A DNA stretch of 32,000 bases from Candidatus Nitrosotenuis cloacae (GTDB taxonomy: Archaea; Thermoproteota; Nitrososphaeria; Nitrososphaerales; Nitrosopumilaceae): NCBI RefSeq assembly GCF_000955905.1, contig NZ_CP011097.1:894582-926581 (forward strand). Reading direction: 5' to 3'. Below, in pieces: positions 1-8,543 of the stretch. The translations under genes were made by a program, and so were the position numbers. Within the stretch, counting starts at the first letter, position 1; the number at the start of each line of letters is the position of its first letter. The notes below the pieces were generated by a model. It searched no databases and was not told the DNA's origin. It saw only the letters and a program-made list of their open reading frames with translations.

Positions 1-10
1 AGTCGTTTTA

Positions 11-739
11 TTGATTCATGCTCCATCACTAGGCATAGGCGCCGCAATCTCGGCTGCCGTCATAATTGGAGTGTTTTTTGTAATCAATGGCCCACTAACA
101 GACAATTCATTCAAAGTAGAAGACATACAGGATGTTGAAAAGGCCCAAGTACTACAAGAACAGGAACCACAACAGGTGCAAATGTCAGTCTTCTCAGACA
201 ACGCGTCACCGATTTTGGGTGATCCAAACGCACCAATCACAATCATAGAGTTTGGCGATTACCAGTGTTTTTACTGCAACAAGTTCTTCCATGATACCGA
301 AAACCAGATTCATGAGAACTATATCAAAACAGGCAAGGCCAAGATGATATTCAAAGACTTTACCATAATCGGCCAAGATTCTGTCGTTGCAGCCCATGCG
401 GCCCATTGCGCAGACGAGCAGGGCAAGTTCTGGGAATATCATGATACATTATACAACAACTGGAATGGTGAGAACAACGGATGGGCATCCGCAGAAAACC
501 AGTTCAAGTTTGCACAGCAATTAGGATTAGACAATGCCCAATTCACAGAATGTATGACCAGTGAAAAATACAAGCCAAAGATTCAGGCAAGCTCAGAGGA
601 TGCAAAGACACTAGGATTAACTGGAACTCCGGCATTCTTTGTGATAGGTCCAAATAACAAAATAGTCAAGGTCCCAGGCGCTCAGCCATACGATGTGTTT
701 GTTAGCATATTGGATTCGGATGAGATCAAATTACAATAA
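11..739 (+). CDS. DsbA-like thiol:disulfide oxidoreductase (thioredoxin fold) with N-terminal membrane anchor or signal
   Basis: 242-aa ORF. Hydrophobic N-terminus (LGIGAAISAAVIIGVFFV), CxxC active site in FGDYQCFYCNKF, and a C-terminal GTPAFFV motif typical of DsbA-family proteins. The frame stays open back to base 2 and the first candidate start is TTG at 11, so the true 5-prime end may lie outside the window. Confidence 0.75.
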   Translation: MIHAPSLGIGAAISAAVIIGVFFVINGPLTDNSFKVEDIQDVEKAQVLQEQEPQQVQMSVFSDNASPILGDPNAPITIIEFGDYQCFYCNKFFHDTENQIHENYIKTGKAKMIFKDFTIIGQDSVVAAHAAHCADEQGKFWEYHDTLYNNWNGENNGWASAENQFKFAQQLGLDNAQFTECMTSEKYKPKIQASSEDAKTLGLTGTPAFFVIGPNNKIVKVPGAQPYDVFVSILDSDEIKLQ

Positions 740-741
740 AC

Positions 742-1299
742 ATGGAATTTAGCTGCGTAAAGGACTGCTCGCAGTGTTGTATCGAGCGTGAATATTACCC
801 ATCAAAAAAATACGGCAAAATCGGCGTTCTGATTTTACCAGACGAAAAGCCAAGAATAGAATCACTAGCAAAAAAATACGGAATTGAAATCAGCATCATA
901 CCCAGAATAGGAACATCCAATGATTTGGCAGAACACAAAACCATTCTCGCATACCAAATGATGGGAAGGGATCAAAACGGCAACACATGTCCATTTTTGG
1001 AGACCGAATCCGAATCACGATCACCACACGGCGGATTCACATGTAAGATATACAATCAAAGGCCGCTTGCATGCAGGGCATATCCGCTAATTGAGACCAA
1101 TCCAATCACATTGGACCAAAAATGCAAGTTTTGCCAGACATGTAGTACGGCAGACTCTAATCTAAATTCAGAAATAGAGTCACTAATTCAGATAAAAAAC
1201 CAAATGAGCCAGCCACACGCCATACTATGGCGATATGCCACAGGCACAGGCAACAAAGAGGACGAATCAACAATCCAAAAAGGCTGGATAAGACAATAA
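742..1299 (+). CDS. YkgJ/UPF0153-family cysteine-cluster (putative Fe-S or Zn binding) protein
   Basis: 185-aa ORF starting 2 nt after the DsbA-like stop. Contains the cysteine cluster CVKDCSQCC plus CPFL and CKIYNQRPLACRAYP, the pattern I recognise for the CxxCxxCC YkgJ family. Confidence 0.65.
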   Translation: MEFSCVKDCSQCCIEREYYPSKKYGKIGVLILPDEKPRIESLAKKYGIEISIIPRIGTSNDLAEHKTILAYQMMGRDQNGNTCPFLETESESRSPHGGFTCKIYNQRPLACRAYPLIETNPITLDQKCKFCQTCSTADSNLNSEIESLIQIKNQMSQPHAILWRYATGTGNKEDESTIQKGWIRQ

Positions 1300-1450
1300 C
1301 GCAAGATCGGACCAGAATCTCACCAATCACTAAAAAATTTGTGTTGATCTGTCCTAAAATGTACGATTTCTATAAATTCACACCCCACAACATTATAGTG
1401 GAATAGATTTAGCTGACAACCCTTATATTCAAAAATCCGAAGGGTAGCTC

Positions 1451-2845
1451 ATGGCAGCAGGTATTGATGATATTGCCATTTACATTCCACGGCTGTTTGT
1501 AGATTCGACTGATTTTGCCACAGCCAGAGGCGTAGACCCAGTCAAGCTAAAGCAGGGCTTGGGCATATCGCGCATGGCAATAGTGGATTCCAACCAAGAC
1601 CCGGCATGCTTGGCAGCAAACGCCTGTCTAAAGATTATGCAGCGCAACAAGATAGCCCCAAGCGATATTGGACGCCTGTATGTAGCAACCGAATCATCAT
1701 TGGATGAATCCAAGGCGCTAAACTCGTACGTCATAGGCATGCTAGAGCAGGTCTACGGGGATGACTCTTTTGAGCACTGTGGGGGAATAGAGTGCAAGTT
1801 TGCATGTGTTTCCGGCTCTTATGCGTTATATGATAATGCTAATTGGATCAGAGCAGGGGAGGCAGAAGGCAAGCATGCAATAGTTGTAGTATCTGACATT
1901 GCAAAATACGACATGGGTTCGTCTGGCGAGTACACCCAAGGCGCAGGCGCAATTGCAATGCTACTAAACGACAACCCAAGATTACTACAGTTTGATTCCA
2001 AGGTTACATCGACTTCGATTAAAAACGAGTATGATTTCTATAGGCCGTTTGGAAAAGAGACTCCAATAGTTCACGGCCAGTATTCCAATTTGCTGTATTT
2101 GATCCAAGTCAAAAAGGCCTTTGAGGCATACAAGAAAAAGGCACTAGAGACTGGAATCGTAAAGATGAAGGAAGGAGAAACCATTTTAGATCATATCGAT
2201 TATCTGTGCATGCATTTGCCATATTCAAACATGGGCAAAAAGGCACTATCATATTTGCTCAGACGTGAATGGAGAAGCCTCCCAAGATGGAAAAGAATCG
2301 TAGAGCAGACAGGTATGGAGGAGCCAGTGCCAAAGGATCCAAGAGGTACTATCGAATCCATTCTGGCAGATGAAGAGTACATGGGCAATGACCACCAGTT
2401 CAACAAGTTATTCACAAAGACAAAAGAATATCAGGCATTTTACGAGGACAAGCTTGCTAGCTCACTAATTGCATCATCAATGATTGGCAATCTTTACACG
2501 GCATCACTATACCTTGGATTTAGAAGCTGCTTAGAATTTGAATTCCAAAAAGGAGTCGAGCTGGAAGGAAAACGATTTGGGTTTGGCTCTTACGGCAGTG
2601 GCAGTAGTGCAATGGTCTTCTCAGGTGTTGTCCAGCCATCATACAAGGAAATCGTCACGAACATGAATCTGGAGGCAGAGATAGGCGAGCGAGTGAAACT
2701 ATCACTCAAAGACTATGAGGAGATTCATGAAAACAAGCGCACCCCAACTGAGAGCATGCTAAACGGCAAAAACGAGTTTGTCCTAGTAAGTGTGGAGAAA
2801 GCCCCTGAAAGTCGTGGCGAGCGCAAATACGCATTTTGTCAATAA
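1451..2845 (+). CDS. hydroxymethylglutaryl-CoA synthase (mevalonate pathway)
   Basis: 464-aa ORF with HMG-CoA synthase family motifs: IYIPRLFVD, ATESSLDESKA, ECKFACVSGSYAL (catalytic Cys region), EYTQGAGAIAML, HLPYSNMGKKA, GNLYTASLYLG, GSYGSGSS. Length and motifs resemble the MvaS/eukaryotic type. Confidence 0.85.
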   Translation: MAAGIDDIAIYIPRLFVDSTDFATARGVDPVKLKQGLGISRMAIVDSNQDPACLAANACLKIMQRNKIAPSDIGRLYVATESSLDESKALNSYVIGMLEQVYGDDSFEHCGGIECKFACVSGSYALYDNANWIRAGEAEGKHAIVVVSDIAKYDMGSSGEYTQGAGAIAMLLNDNPRLLQFDSKVTSTSIKNEYDFYRPFGKETPIVHGQYSNLLYLIQVKKAFEAYKKKALETGIVKMKEGETILDHIDYLCMHLPYSNMGKKALSYLLRREWRSLPRWKRIVEQTGMEEPVPKDPRGTIESILADEEYMGNDHQFNKLFTKTKEYQAFYEDKLASSLIASSMIGNLYTASLYLGFRSCLEFEFQKGVELEGKRFGFGSYGSGSSAMVFSGVVQPSYKEIVTNMNLEAEIGERVKLSLKDYEEIHENKRTPTESMLNGKNEFVLVSVEKAPESRGERKYAFCQ

Positions 2846-2851
2846 TCCCAA

Positions 2852-3397
2852 ATGGACGAGCCATCTCCAATCAAGGACAGATTATACCAAACCATTGAAA
2901 CAATTTCAGAATCCAAGATAACCCAGGAAATTGCCCAAAACAACACCATTTCTATAATAAAACAGATCATCTCGGAATCAAATCTAGATACGCTGCCTGG
3001 AAATCATATCGAAACCTACGAGACATTTGCAGAGTCTCTGATGCATTATCTTCTCACAAATGCACTGATTCCCAGTCAGAGAAAAATTACAATAAACCAA
3101 ATTGACATCGACATAGTCATTCCAGACATCAGAACATTAGGCTTGGCAAAAAAAGACGCAATTATTTTGTTTTTCCCAAAAACAGATGACCTCACCAAAA
3201 TACAAGCAAGACTGCAAAAACTAGACACCATACAACCAATCAAAGAAAACATTTGGCTGATTCAAAAATCAGGTCTCGGCTTGCCATACAGAACATACGA
3301 GATTGATGGTGAGTGCAGTTTTGCAAACATCATAAACGACATCAAATCAGAAACATCATCAAAAATACAATCAAAATTCAAAATATTCAGAGTCTAG
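2852..3397 (+). CDS. hypothetical protein (181 aa), probably co-transcribed with HMG-CoA synthase
   Basis: ATG lies 6 nt after the HMGCS stop. No family motif recognised. The 3-prime end overlaps the convergent bioD by 11 nt. Confidence 0.5.
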   Translation: MDEPSPIKDRLYQTIETISESKITQEIAQNNTISIIKQIISESNLDTLPGNHIETYETFAESLMHYLLTNALIPSQRKITINQIDIDIVIPDIRTLGLAKKDAIILFFPKTDDLTKIQARLQKLDTIQPIKENIWLIQKSGLGLPYRTYEIDGECSFANIINDIKSETSSKIQSKFKIFRV

Positions 3398-4070
3398 AGA
3401 AAACATCAAGGAATCCATTATTTTTTAGAATGGTTGTAATGTCTTCAACATTATCCAGATTTGGAATTTTTGATATTACATCAACTCCACTTAATGATGT
3501 CAGATCCTGTCCAAGTTCATCCAAATCATAACCATTTTTATCAGTCTGGTTTACTATCAGACCTGGAATGCGAATTCCATGCTTTTTGCACGCATCTACA
3601 GTAAGTGTGGTGTGATTTATGGTTCCAATTTTTGAGCCAGTCACAACCATAGCATCAAGATTTAGGTCTTTGATCAGATCAATGACAAAGTAATCCTTCA
3701 GAATTGGAGTCATTATGCCTCCAATTCCTTCCACCAGCATCACGTCATGAATAGAACGTAATTTATCAAAACTAGATAAAACCAAATCAAGGTCTATTTG
3801 TCGTCCAAGCTTTTTTGCCGCCGAATATGGAGATGCAGGAATTGCAAAAAAATATGGATTCACCAACGATTCAGGATCAGAAACGCCCGAGGATCTCACC
3901 AACATGGAGACATCCTCTGATTGAAATCCGTTTTTTTGCGGAATGCCAGTAGCAAACGGCTTCATCACGCCAACAGCAATCCCGGAAACACGCAAAAGAC
4001 TTGCCAGGCCGCATGTAAATGCAGTCTTGCCAATTCCAGTGTCTGTTCCAGTCACAAAAAACGACTTCAT
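3387..4070 (-). CDS. bioD: dethiobiotin synthase
   Basis: 227-aa ORF with the N-terminal nucleotide-binding loop FVTGTDTGIGKT, plus KPFATG and LVEGIGG motifs characteristic of BioD. Confidence 0.9.
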   Translation of the reverse strand: MKSFFVTGTDTGIGKTAFTCGLASLLRVSGIAVGVMKPFATGIPQKNGFQSEDVSMLVRSSGVSDPESLVNPYFFAIPASPYSAAKKLGRQIDLDLVLSSFDKLRSIHDVMLVEGIGGIMTPILKDYFVIDLIKDLNLDAMVVTGSKIGTINHTTLTVDACKKHGIRIPGLIVNQTDKNGYDLDELGQDLTSLSGVDVISKIPNLDNVEDITTILKNNGFLDVFSRL

Positions 4071-4092
4071 ATGGTCTGACTCACAAATTACA

Positions 4093-4124
4093 GGATTAAT
4101 CCTTTTACCGCTTGATTATTAAAA
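4093..4124. promoter_or_regulatory. divergent bioD/bioA promoter core (two TATA-like boxes)
   Basis: 76-bp bioD-bioA spacer. The perfect palindrome GGATTAATCC (4093-4102) sits 22 nt from the bioD ATG, and TTATTAAAA (4116-4124) sits 22 nt from the bioA ATG. That spacing fits archaeal TATA boxes driving near-leaderless transcripts. Confidence 0.35.
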
Positions 4125-4146
4125 TGAAAATCCACCCAACGATGCA

Positions 4147-5448
4147 ATGAGGAATAGTTCCATATGGCACCCATACACGCAAATGTCAGAATGGGATTCA
4201 TTCCCAGACATAGTCAGGGGTGATGGATTCTGGCTTGTAGATTCCAGGGGAAACAGATACCTGGACGGAGTCGCAAGCATGTGGTGCAATGTCTGGGGAC
4301 ATTCCAAGCGTGAGATCATAACCACCATAAACTCGCAATCAAAAAAGATCATTCATTCTTCACTGTTTAATTTAACAAACAATCAGGCAGAAACACTAGC
4401 AAAAAAACTAGTCTCAATATCACCTGGAATGAATCGCGTATTTTACTCTGATAATGGCTCCACTGCAATGGAGATCGCATTCAAGATTGCAATCCAGCAT
4501 TGGCAAAACATTGGGCAAAAAAACAAGACCATGTTTGCCACATTGCAAAATGGATATCATGGGGATACGTTTGGGACAATGTCGGTAGGGTTTGTTCCCG
4601 CATTTTTTGGCAAATTCAAAAAAAATCTCTACAAAACAATACAAATTCCATTTGAGAACAGTTACAAGATTTCAAATCACAAAGAATACCATTCCCAAAC
4701 ATTGGAAAGAATCGAAAACCAACTATCAAAAAACCACAACATTGCAGCATTTGTCATGGAAAGCGGTGCCCAGATTGCTGGCGGTGTCAACATTTACCGG
4801 GATAATTTTCAATCGGATATTGGCAAGATCTGCAAAAAGCACGGCGTCTTGTTCATTTTGGATGAGATCGCCACTGGGTTTGGTAGGTTAGGCTCACTAG
4901 TAGAATATACCGCCCAAAAAAGCAAACCAGACATTGTATCATACGGAAAGATGCTAACTGCTGGCTATCTTCCAATGGCAGCGACTCTGGTCACAAAAAA
5001 GATCTATGACTCGTTTTTGGGCAATTATCACGCCATGAAACACCTATACCACGGACATACATTTACCGGAAATACAATGGCATGCGCCGTGGCAAACCAA
5101 AATTTACAGTTATACCAAAAAACAGGGCTGATTTCCAAGGTGAACAAAACTGCAAAGCACCTTGAAAAACGCCTAGAGGAGTTTTGGAATATTAATGCCG
5201 TAGGCGACATCAGGCACAAAGGAATGCTTGCAGGCATAGAACTGGTATCAAACAGAACAAAAAAGATACCAATCTCGTTTTCCAAGTCCACAAATAAGAT
5301 AGTCTTTGATGAGGCAAAAAAACACAAGATCTATCTGAGAACACTGGGAAACATTGTGATGCTTGTGCCCCCTCTTGCAATATCGCAAAAGGAGCTTGAT
5401 TTTTTGATGGATGGTACAATCAAAACCATCAAAAACATAACCAAATAA
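4147..5448 (+). CDS. bioA: adenosylmethionine-8-amino-7-oxononanoate aminotransferase
   Basis: 433-aa class-III aminotransferase with WHPYTQM, GYHGDTFG, FILDEIATGFGR and SYGKMLTAGYLP (PLP lysine region). Lies within the bio cluster. Confidence 0.9.
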   Translation: MRNSSIWHPYTQMSEWDSFPDIVRGDGFWLVDSRGNRYLDGVASMWCNVWGHSKREIITTINSQSKKIIHSSLFNLTNNQAETLAKKLVSISPGMNRVFYSDNGSTAMEIAFKIAIQHWQNIGQKNKTMFATLQNGYHGDTFGTMSVGFVPAFFGKFKKNLYKTIQIPFENSYKISNHKEYHSQTLERIENQLSKNHNIAAFVMESGAQIAGGVNIYRDNFQSDIGKICKKHGVLFILDEIATGFGRLGSLVEYTAQKSKPDIVSYGKMLTAGYLPMAATLVTKKIYDSFLGNYHAMKHLYHGHTFTGNTMACAVANQNLQLYQKTGLISKVNKTAKHLEKRLEEFWNINAVGDIRHKGMLAGIELVSNRTKKIPISFSKSTNKIVFDEAKKHKIYLRTLGNIVMLVPPLAISQKELDFLMDGTIKTIKNITK

Positions 5449-5488
5449 TTGTAAACCACACCGCAATTACTGGTTAACATTTGAAATC

Positions 5489-5498
5489 TTAATTAATA
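5489..5498 (+). promoter_or_regulatory. TATA-like box upstream of bioB
   Basis: TTAATTAATA ends 17 nt before the bioB ATG at 5516, in the 67-bp bioA-bioB spacer. Confidence 0.3.
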
Positions 5499-5515
5499 GA
5501 AAACAGAGAGCCAAA

Positions 5516-6493
5516 ATGTTGGATTCCCAAATAATAATGGAATATCAAAATAAAGTTCTTGCTGGGGAAAGACTCGGAGAGAATGAGCTTAGAGTACTCA
5601 TTAACATTTCAGATTTAAGAACACTATCCGACGCTGCAAACAAAATTACACGCAAGTTTCAGGGAAACAAGGTGGACGTTGAGCAGCTTGCAAACATCAA
5701 AAAAAACTATTGCAGTGAAGATTGTGTGTTTTGTGGTCAGTCCGCCTTTTTCAATACAGGGATTGACAGCTACCAATTATTGCCAGCAGAAGAGATTCTC
5801 AAAATGGCAAAAAAAGCCAAAGACGAGGGAGCAGAATCATATTGCCTAGTGGCAGCCTGGCGAGAGCCATCAGAGGCAGACTTTCTCAAGGTGTGTAATA
5901 TCATATCCCAAATCAGAGACAAAGTTGGAATATCAATAGAGTGCAGTCTTGGGTTTCTTACCACACCACAGGCAAAAAAACTCAAAGAATTGGGAGTGAA
6001 AAGATACAACCATAATTTAGAAACTGCAAGATCAAAGTTCCCACAAATATGCACCACTCATACATACCAAGACAGACTAGATACACTACACATAGCAAGA
6101 AGTGCAGGCCTTGAACTGTGCACTGGTGGGATAATAGGGATGGGTGAGACTCGCGAACAAAGATTAGAATTAATCTCAGATTTGGCAAAACTGGAACCAG
6201 AAGAAGTCACAATAAACCTCCTAGTGGCAATTCCCGGAACCCCACTTGAGCTTCAAACACCAATTCCATTTGAAGAGATTTTGCGAGTCTTTGCAGTAAC
6301 CAGATTCGCACTGCCAAAATCAATTATCAAAATATCTGGTGGCAGAGAGGTACACTTGGAGGATTCCGGGGAAGAATTACTGCTTAGCGGTGCAAATGGA
6401 ATAATCAGTGCCGGCTATCTTACTTTGGGCGGTAATGCAATGAATAAAGACCTAGAAATGATCAAAAAAATCAAACTTGAAACAAACGCTTGA
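5516..6493 (+). CDS. bioB: biotin synthase (radical SAM)
   Basis: 325-aa ORF with the radical-SAM CxxxCxxC motif in CSEDCVFCGQS and YNHNLET. Sits between bioA and bioF. Confidence 0.9.
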   Translation: MLDSQIIMEYQNKVLAGERLGENELRVLINISDLRTLSDAANKITRKFQGNKVDVEQLANIKKNYCSEDCVFCGQSAFFNTGIDSYQLLPAEEILKMAKKAKDEGAESYCLVAAWREPSEADFLKVCNIISQIRDKVGISIECSLGFLTTPQAKKLKELGVKRYNHNLETARSKFPQICTTHTYQDRLDTLHIARSAGLELCTGGIIGMGETREQRLELISDLAKLEPEEVTINLLVAIPGTPLELQTPIPFEEILRVFAVTRFALPKSIIKISGGREVHLEDSGEELLLSGANGIISAGYLTLGGNAMNKDLEMIKKIKLETNA

Positions 6494-7610
6494 GAGCATC
6501 CAAAACAGATTATCAGAGATAAAAAGACAAAATCTCTATCGACGACTAAAGTACGGCAAAATAAACGGTCCATACATCACAATTAATTCAAAAAAGCTGG
6601 TAAATTTTTGCTCAAATGACTATCTTGGCTTGTCCAGCACAAAGATCACAGCCTCGCAATCACAGTCAAGCTCAAGACTAGTCTCAGGGAATGATACATC
6701 GTTTATGAAATTGGAAAAAAAACTTGCCGAACACAAATCCCAGGAAGCAGCCCTAGTATTTCCAACTGGATATATGGCAAATCTTGGTGCAATACCTGCA
6801 CTTGTTGATAAAAACACCATAATCTTTAGCGATGAGCTGAATCATGCCAGCATAATTGAGGCATGCAAACTGAGTGGTGCAAAACTCCAAGTGTACAGAC
6901 ACAATGATGTTGATGACTTGGAAAAAAAGATAAAAAAATTCAAGGCCTACAACAAACTCATCATAACTGAAGGAATATTCAGCATGGATGGAGACTATTC
7001 CAAACTAAGAGAGATTTCCGAGATATCGCAAAAAACAGATTCCTTTCTGATATTGGATGATGCACATGGTGACTTTACAGTTGGTAAGGATGGTAAAGGC
7101 ACGCCGAATCATTTTGGAGTAGAAAAAAAAGTTGATGTCTACATCAGCAGCCTGAGCAAGGGGCTTGGCTCTTTTGGTGGATATGCGACAGCATCTAATC
7201 CAGTTGTGGATTTGTGCATAAACAAGGCTCGCTCATTTATCTACACATCTGCATTACCATCATTTCTTGTAGAGATGTCTCTGAGTAGAATAAAGCAGAA
7301 TAGGGCAAAACAACAAAAAAAGCTAGAAAAAAACACATCAATGTTCTCATCAGGCCTAAAACAAATTGGGTATGATATCAAATCTCAGACACACATAATA
7401 CCAATCATCATAGGCAATGAGAAAAAAACACTAGAGTTTGGCAGATTCATGTATGAGAATAAAGTGTTCGCACAGCCAATAAGGTACCCAACCGTTCCAA
7501 AGAATAGCGCACGGCTCCGGGTATCAGTTACTGCATGGTTAGAAAAATCACACATAGAATCGGCTTTGAGTGTGTTTGAGCGAGCTGCTGAAAAATTCAA
7601 ACTAGTTTGA
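6477..7610 (+). CDS. bioF: 8-amino-7-oxononanoate synthase
   Basis: 377-aa class-II aminotransferase with NDYLGL, HASIIE, LDDAHG and SSLSKGLGSFGG (PLP lysine). The TTG start at 6477 overlaps bioB by 17 nt, and there is no nearby in-frame ATG. Confidence 0.85.
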   Translation: MKQTLESIQNRLSEIKRQNLYRRLKYGKINGPYITINSKKLVNFCSNDYLGLSSTKITASQSQSSSRLVSGNDTSFMKLEKKLAEHKSQEAALVFPTGYMANLGAIPALVDKNTIIFSDELNHASIIEACKLSGAKLQVYRHNDVDDLEKKIKKFKAYNKLIITEGIFSMDGDYSKLREISEISQKTDSFLILDDAHGDFTVGKDGKGTPNHFGVEKKVDVYISSLSKGLGSFGGYATASNPVVDLCINKARSFIYTSALPSFLVEMSLSRIKQNRAKQQKKLEKNTSMFSSGLKQIGYDIKSQTHIIPIIIGNEKKTLEFGRFMYENKVFAQPIRYPTVPKNSARLRVSVTAWLEKSHIESALSVFERAAEKFKLV

Positions 7611-7715
7611 TCATCTACGCACATCAAAGCCCATGAATGCTGGTGAGCCCACATAGAATGCAATTGCAACAATAATTCCAAGTGCAATTCCAATTACGAT
7701 GAATCGTTTGTTCAT
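7611..7715 (-). CDS. candidate small membrane protein (34 aa), below the ORF-track length cutoff
   Basis: ATG at 7715, TGA at 7613-7611. Translation is MNKRFIVIGIALGIIVAIAFYVGSPAFMGFDVRR, a basic N-terminus followed by one hydrophobic helix. TTTTTATC (plus-strand 7737-7744) lies 21 nt upstream of the ATG, matching the TATA spacing seen at other genes here. Confidence 0.3.
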   Translation of the reverse strand: MNKRFIVIGIALGIIVAIAFYVGSPAFMGFDVRR

Positions 7716-7779
7716 GAATCCCAGATTAATCGGTTAGATAAAAAGCAATACAAAAATTGGAAAAAACTTGGAACAATGC

Positions 7780-7787
7780 TTTAATAA
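7780..7787 (+). promoter_or_regulatory. TATA-like box upstream of ccdA
   Basis: TTTAATAA ends 20 nt before the ATG at 7808. This argues for 7808, not 7757, as the ccdA start. Confidence 0.3.
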
Positions 7788-7807
7788 AAAAATCACAGCA
7801 AGCAATC

Positions 7808-8539
7808 ATGACAGAGATCAATATCGCAGTTGCGGCAGTTGCAGGCATTGGATCCTTTCTTGCCCCATGCATTTTGCCAGTAATTCCCGCATTTTTGGCA
7901 TACATATCTGGCACCACCATTACGGATCTTCAGCGAAACAATGGTACTGTGAATCTCCTAACAAACAGATTGAACATTCTGATAAACACAGTATTCTTTG
8001 TCTTGGGGTTTTCTATTGTGTTTTCAGTATTTGGAGTAATACTAAACAGCGTACTATCAAGTAATGCCACAAGCCTAACGGCTGGGTTTAACCAAGTGGG
8101 CGGAATTATAATAATTGGATTTGGCGCATTCATGATACTATCAAGTAGGATCAACAAACTAAATTTTGAGAAAAAAATCCTGCCAAAAGGCGGAAAGGCA
8201 AGCTATCCACTATCGTTTGTTTTTGGACTGGCATTTGCCACAGGGTGGACGCCATGTATTGGCCCTATTCTTGGAAGCATCCTCACACTAGCAGCAACTA
8301 CGCCAAGCCAAGCATTTTCATTATTGCTTGCATATTCTCTAGGACTTGGAATTCCATTCATTTTGATGGGTTTGTTCTTCTCAAAAATGACCAGATTAAT
8401 CAGAGCACTGAGTAGACATCTAAAGTATTATTCTGTAATAATGGGTGGATTCATCATATTGCTGGGGGTTTTAGTTTTGACAAACCAGCTTGCAACGATT
8501 GCAAGTTTTCCACTCTTGAATGACTTATTGTTGGGTTGA
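7808..8539 (+). CDS. ccdA: CcdA/DsbD-family transmembrane thiol-disulfide electron transporter
   Basis: Multi-pass membrane protein with the two conserved Cys motifs LAPCILPVIPAFLAY and TGWTPCIGPILG. The track ORF starts at 7757, but the internal ATG at 7808 (MTEINIAV...) is preferred. Confidence 0.85.
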   Translation: MTEINIAVAAVAGIGSFLAPCILPVIPAFLAYISGTTITDLQRNNGTVNLLTNRLNILINTVFFVLGFSIVFSVFGVILNSVLSSNATSLTAGFNQVGGIIIIGFGAFMILSSRINKLNFEKKILPKGGKASYPLSFVFGLAFATGWTPCIGPILGSILTLAATTPSQAFSLLLAYSLGLGIPFILMGLFFSKMTRLIRALSRHLKYYSVIMGGFIILLGVLVLTNQLATIASFPLLNDLLLG

Positions 8540-8543
8540 TAAT

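Noticed and set aside
3313-3531. 72-aa plus-strand ORF; similar short ORFs occur at 4119..4352, 4420..4644 and 5028..5466
   Set aside because: They overlap bioD or bioA on the opposite strand or in an alternative frame and have no motifs. The bio genes explain the sequence.
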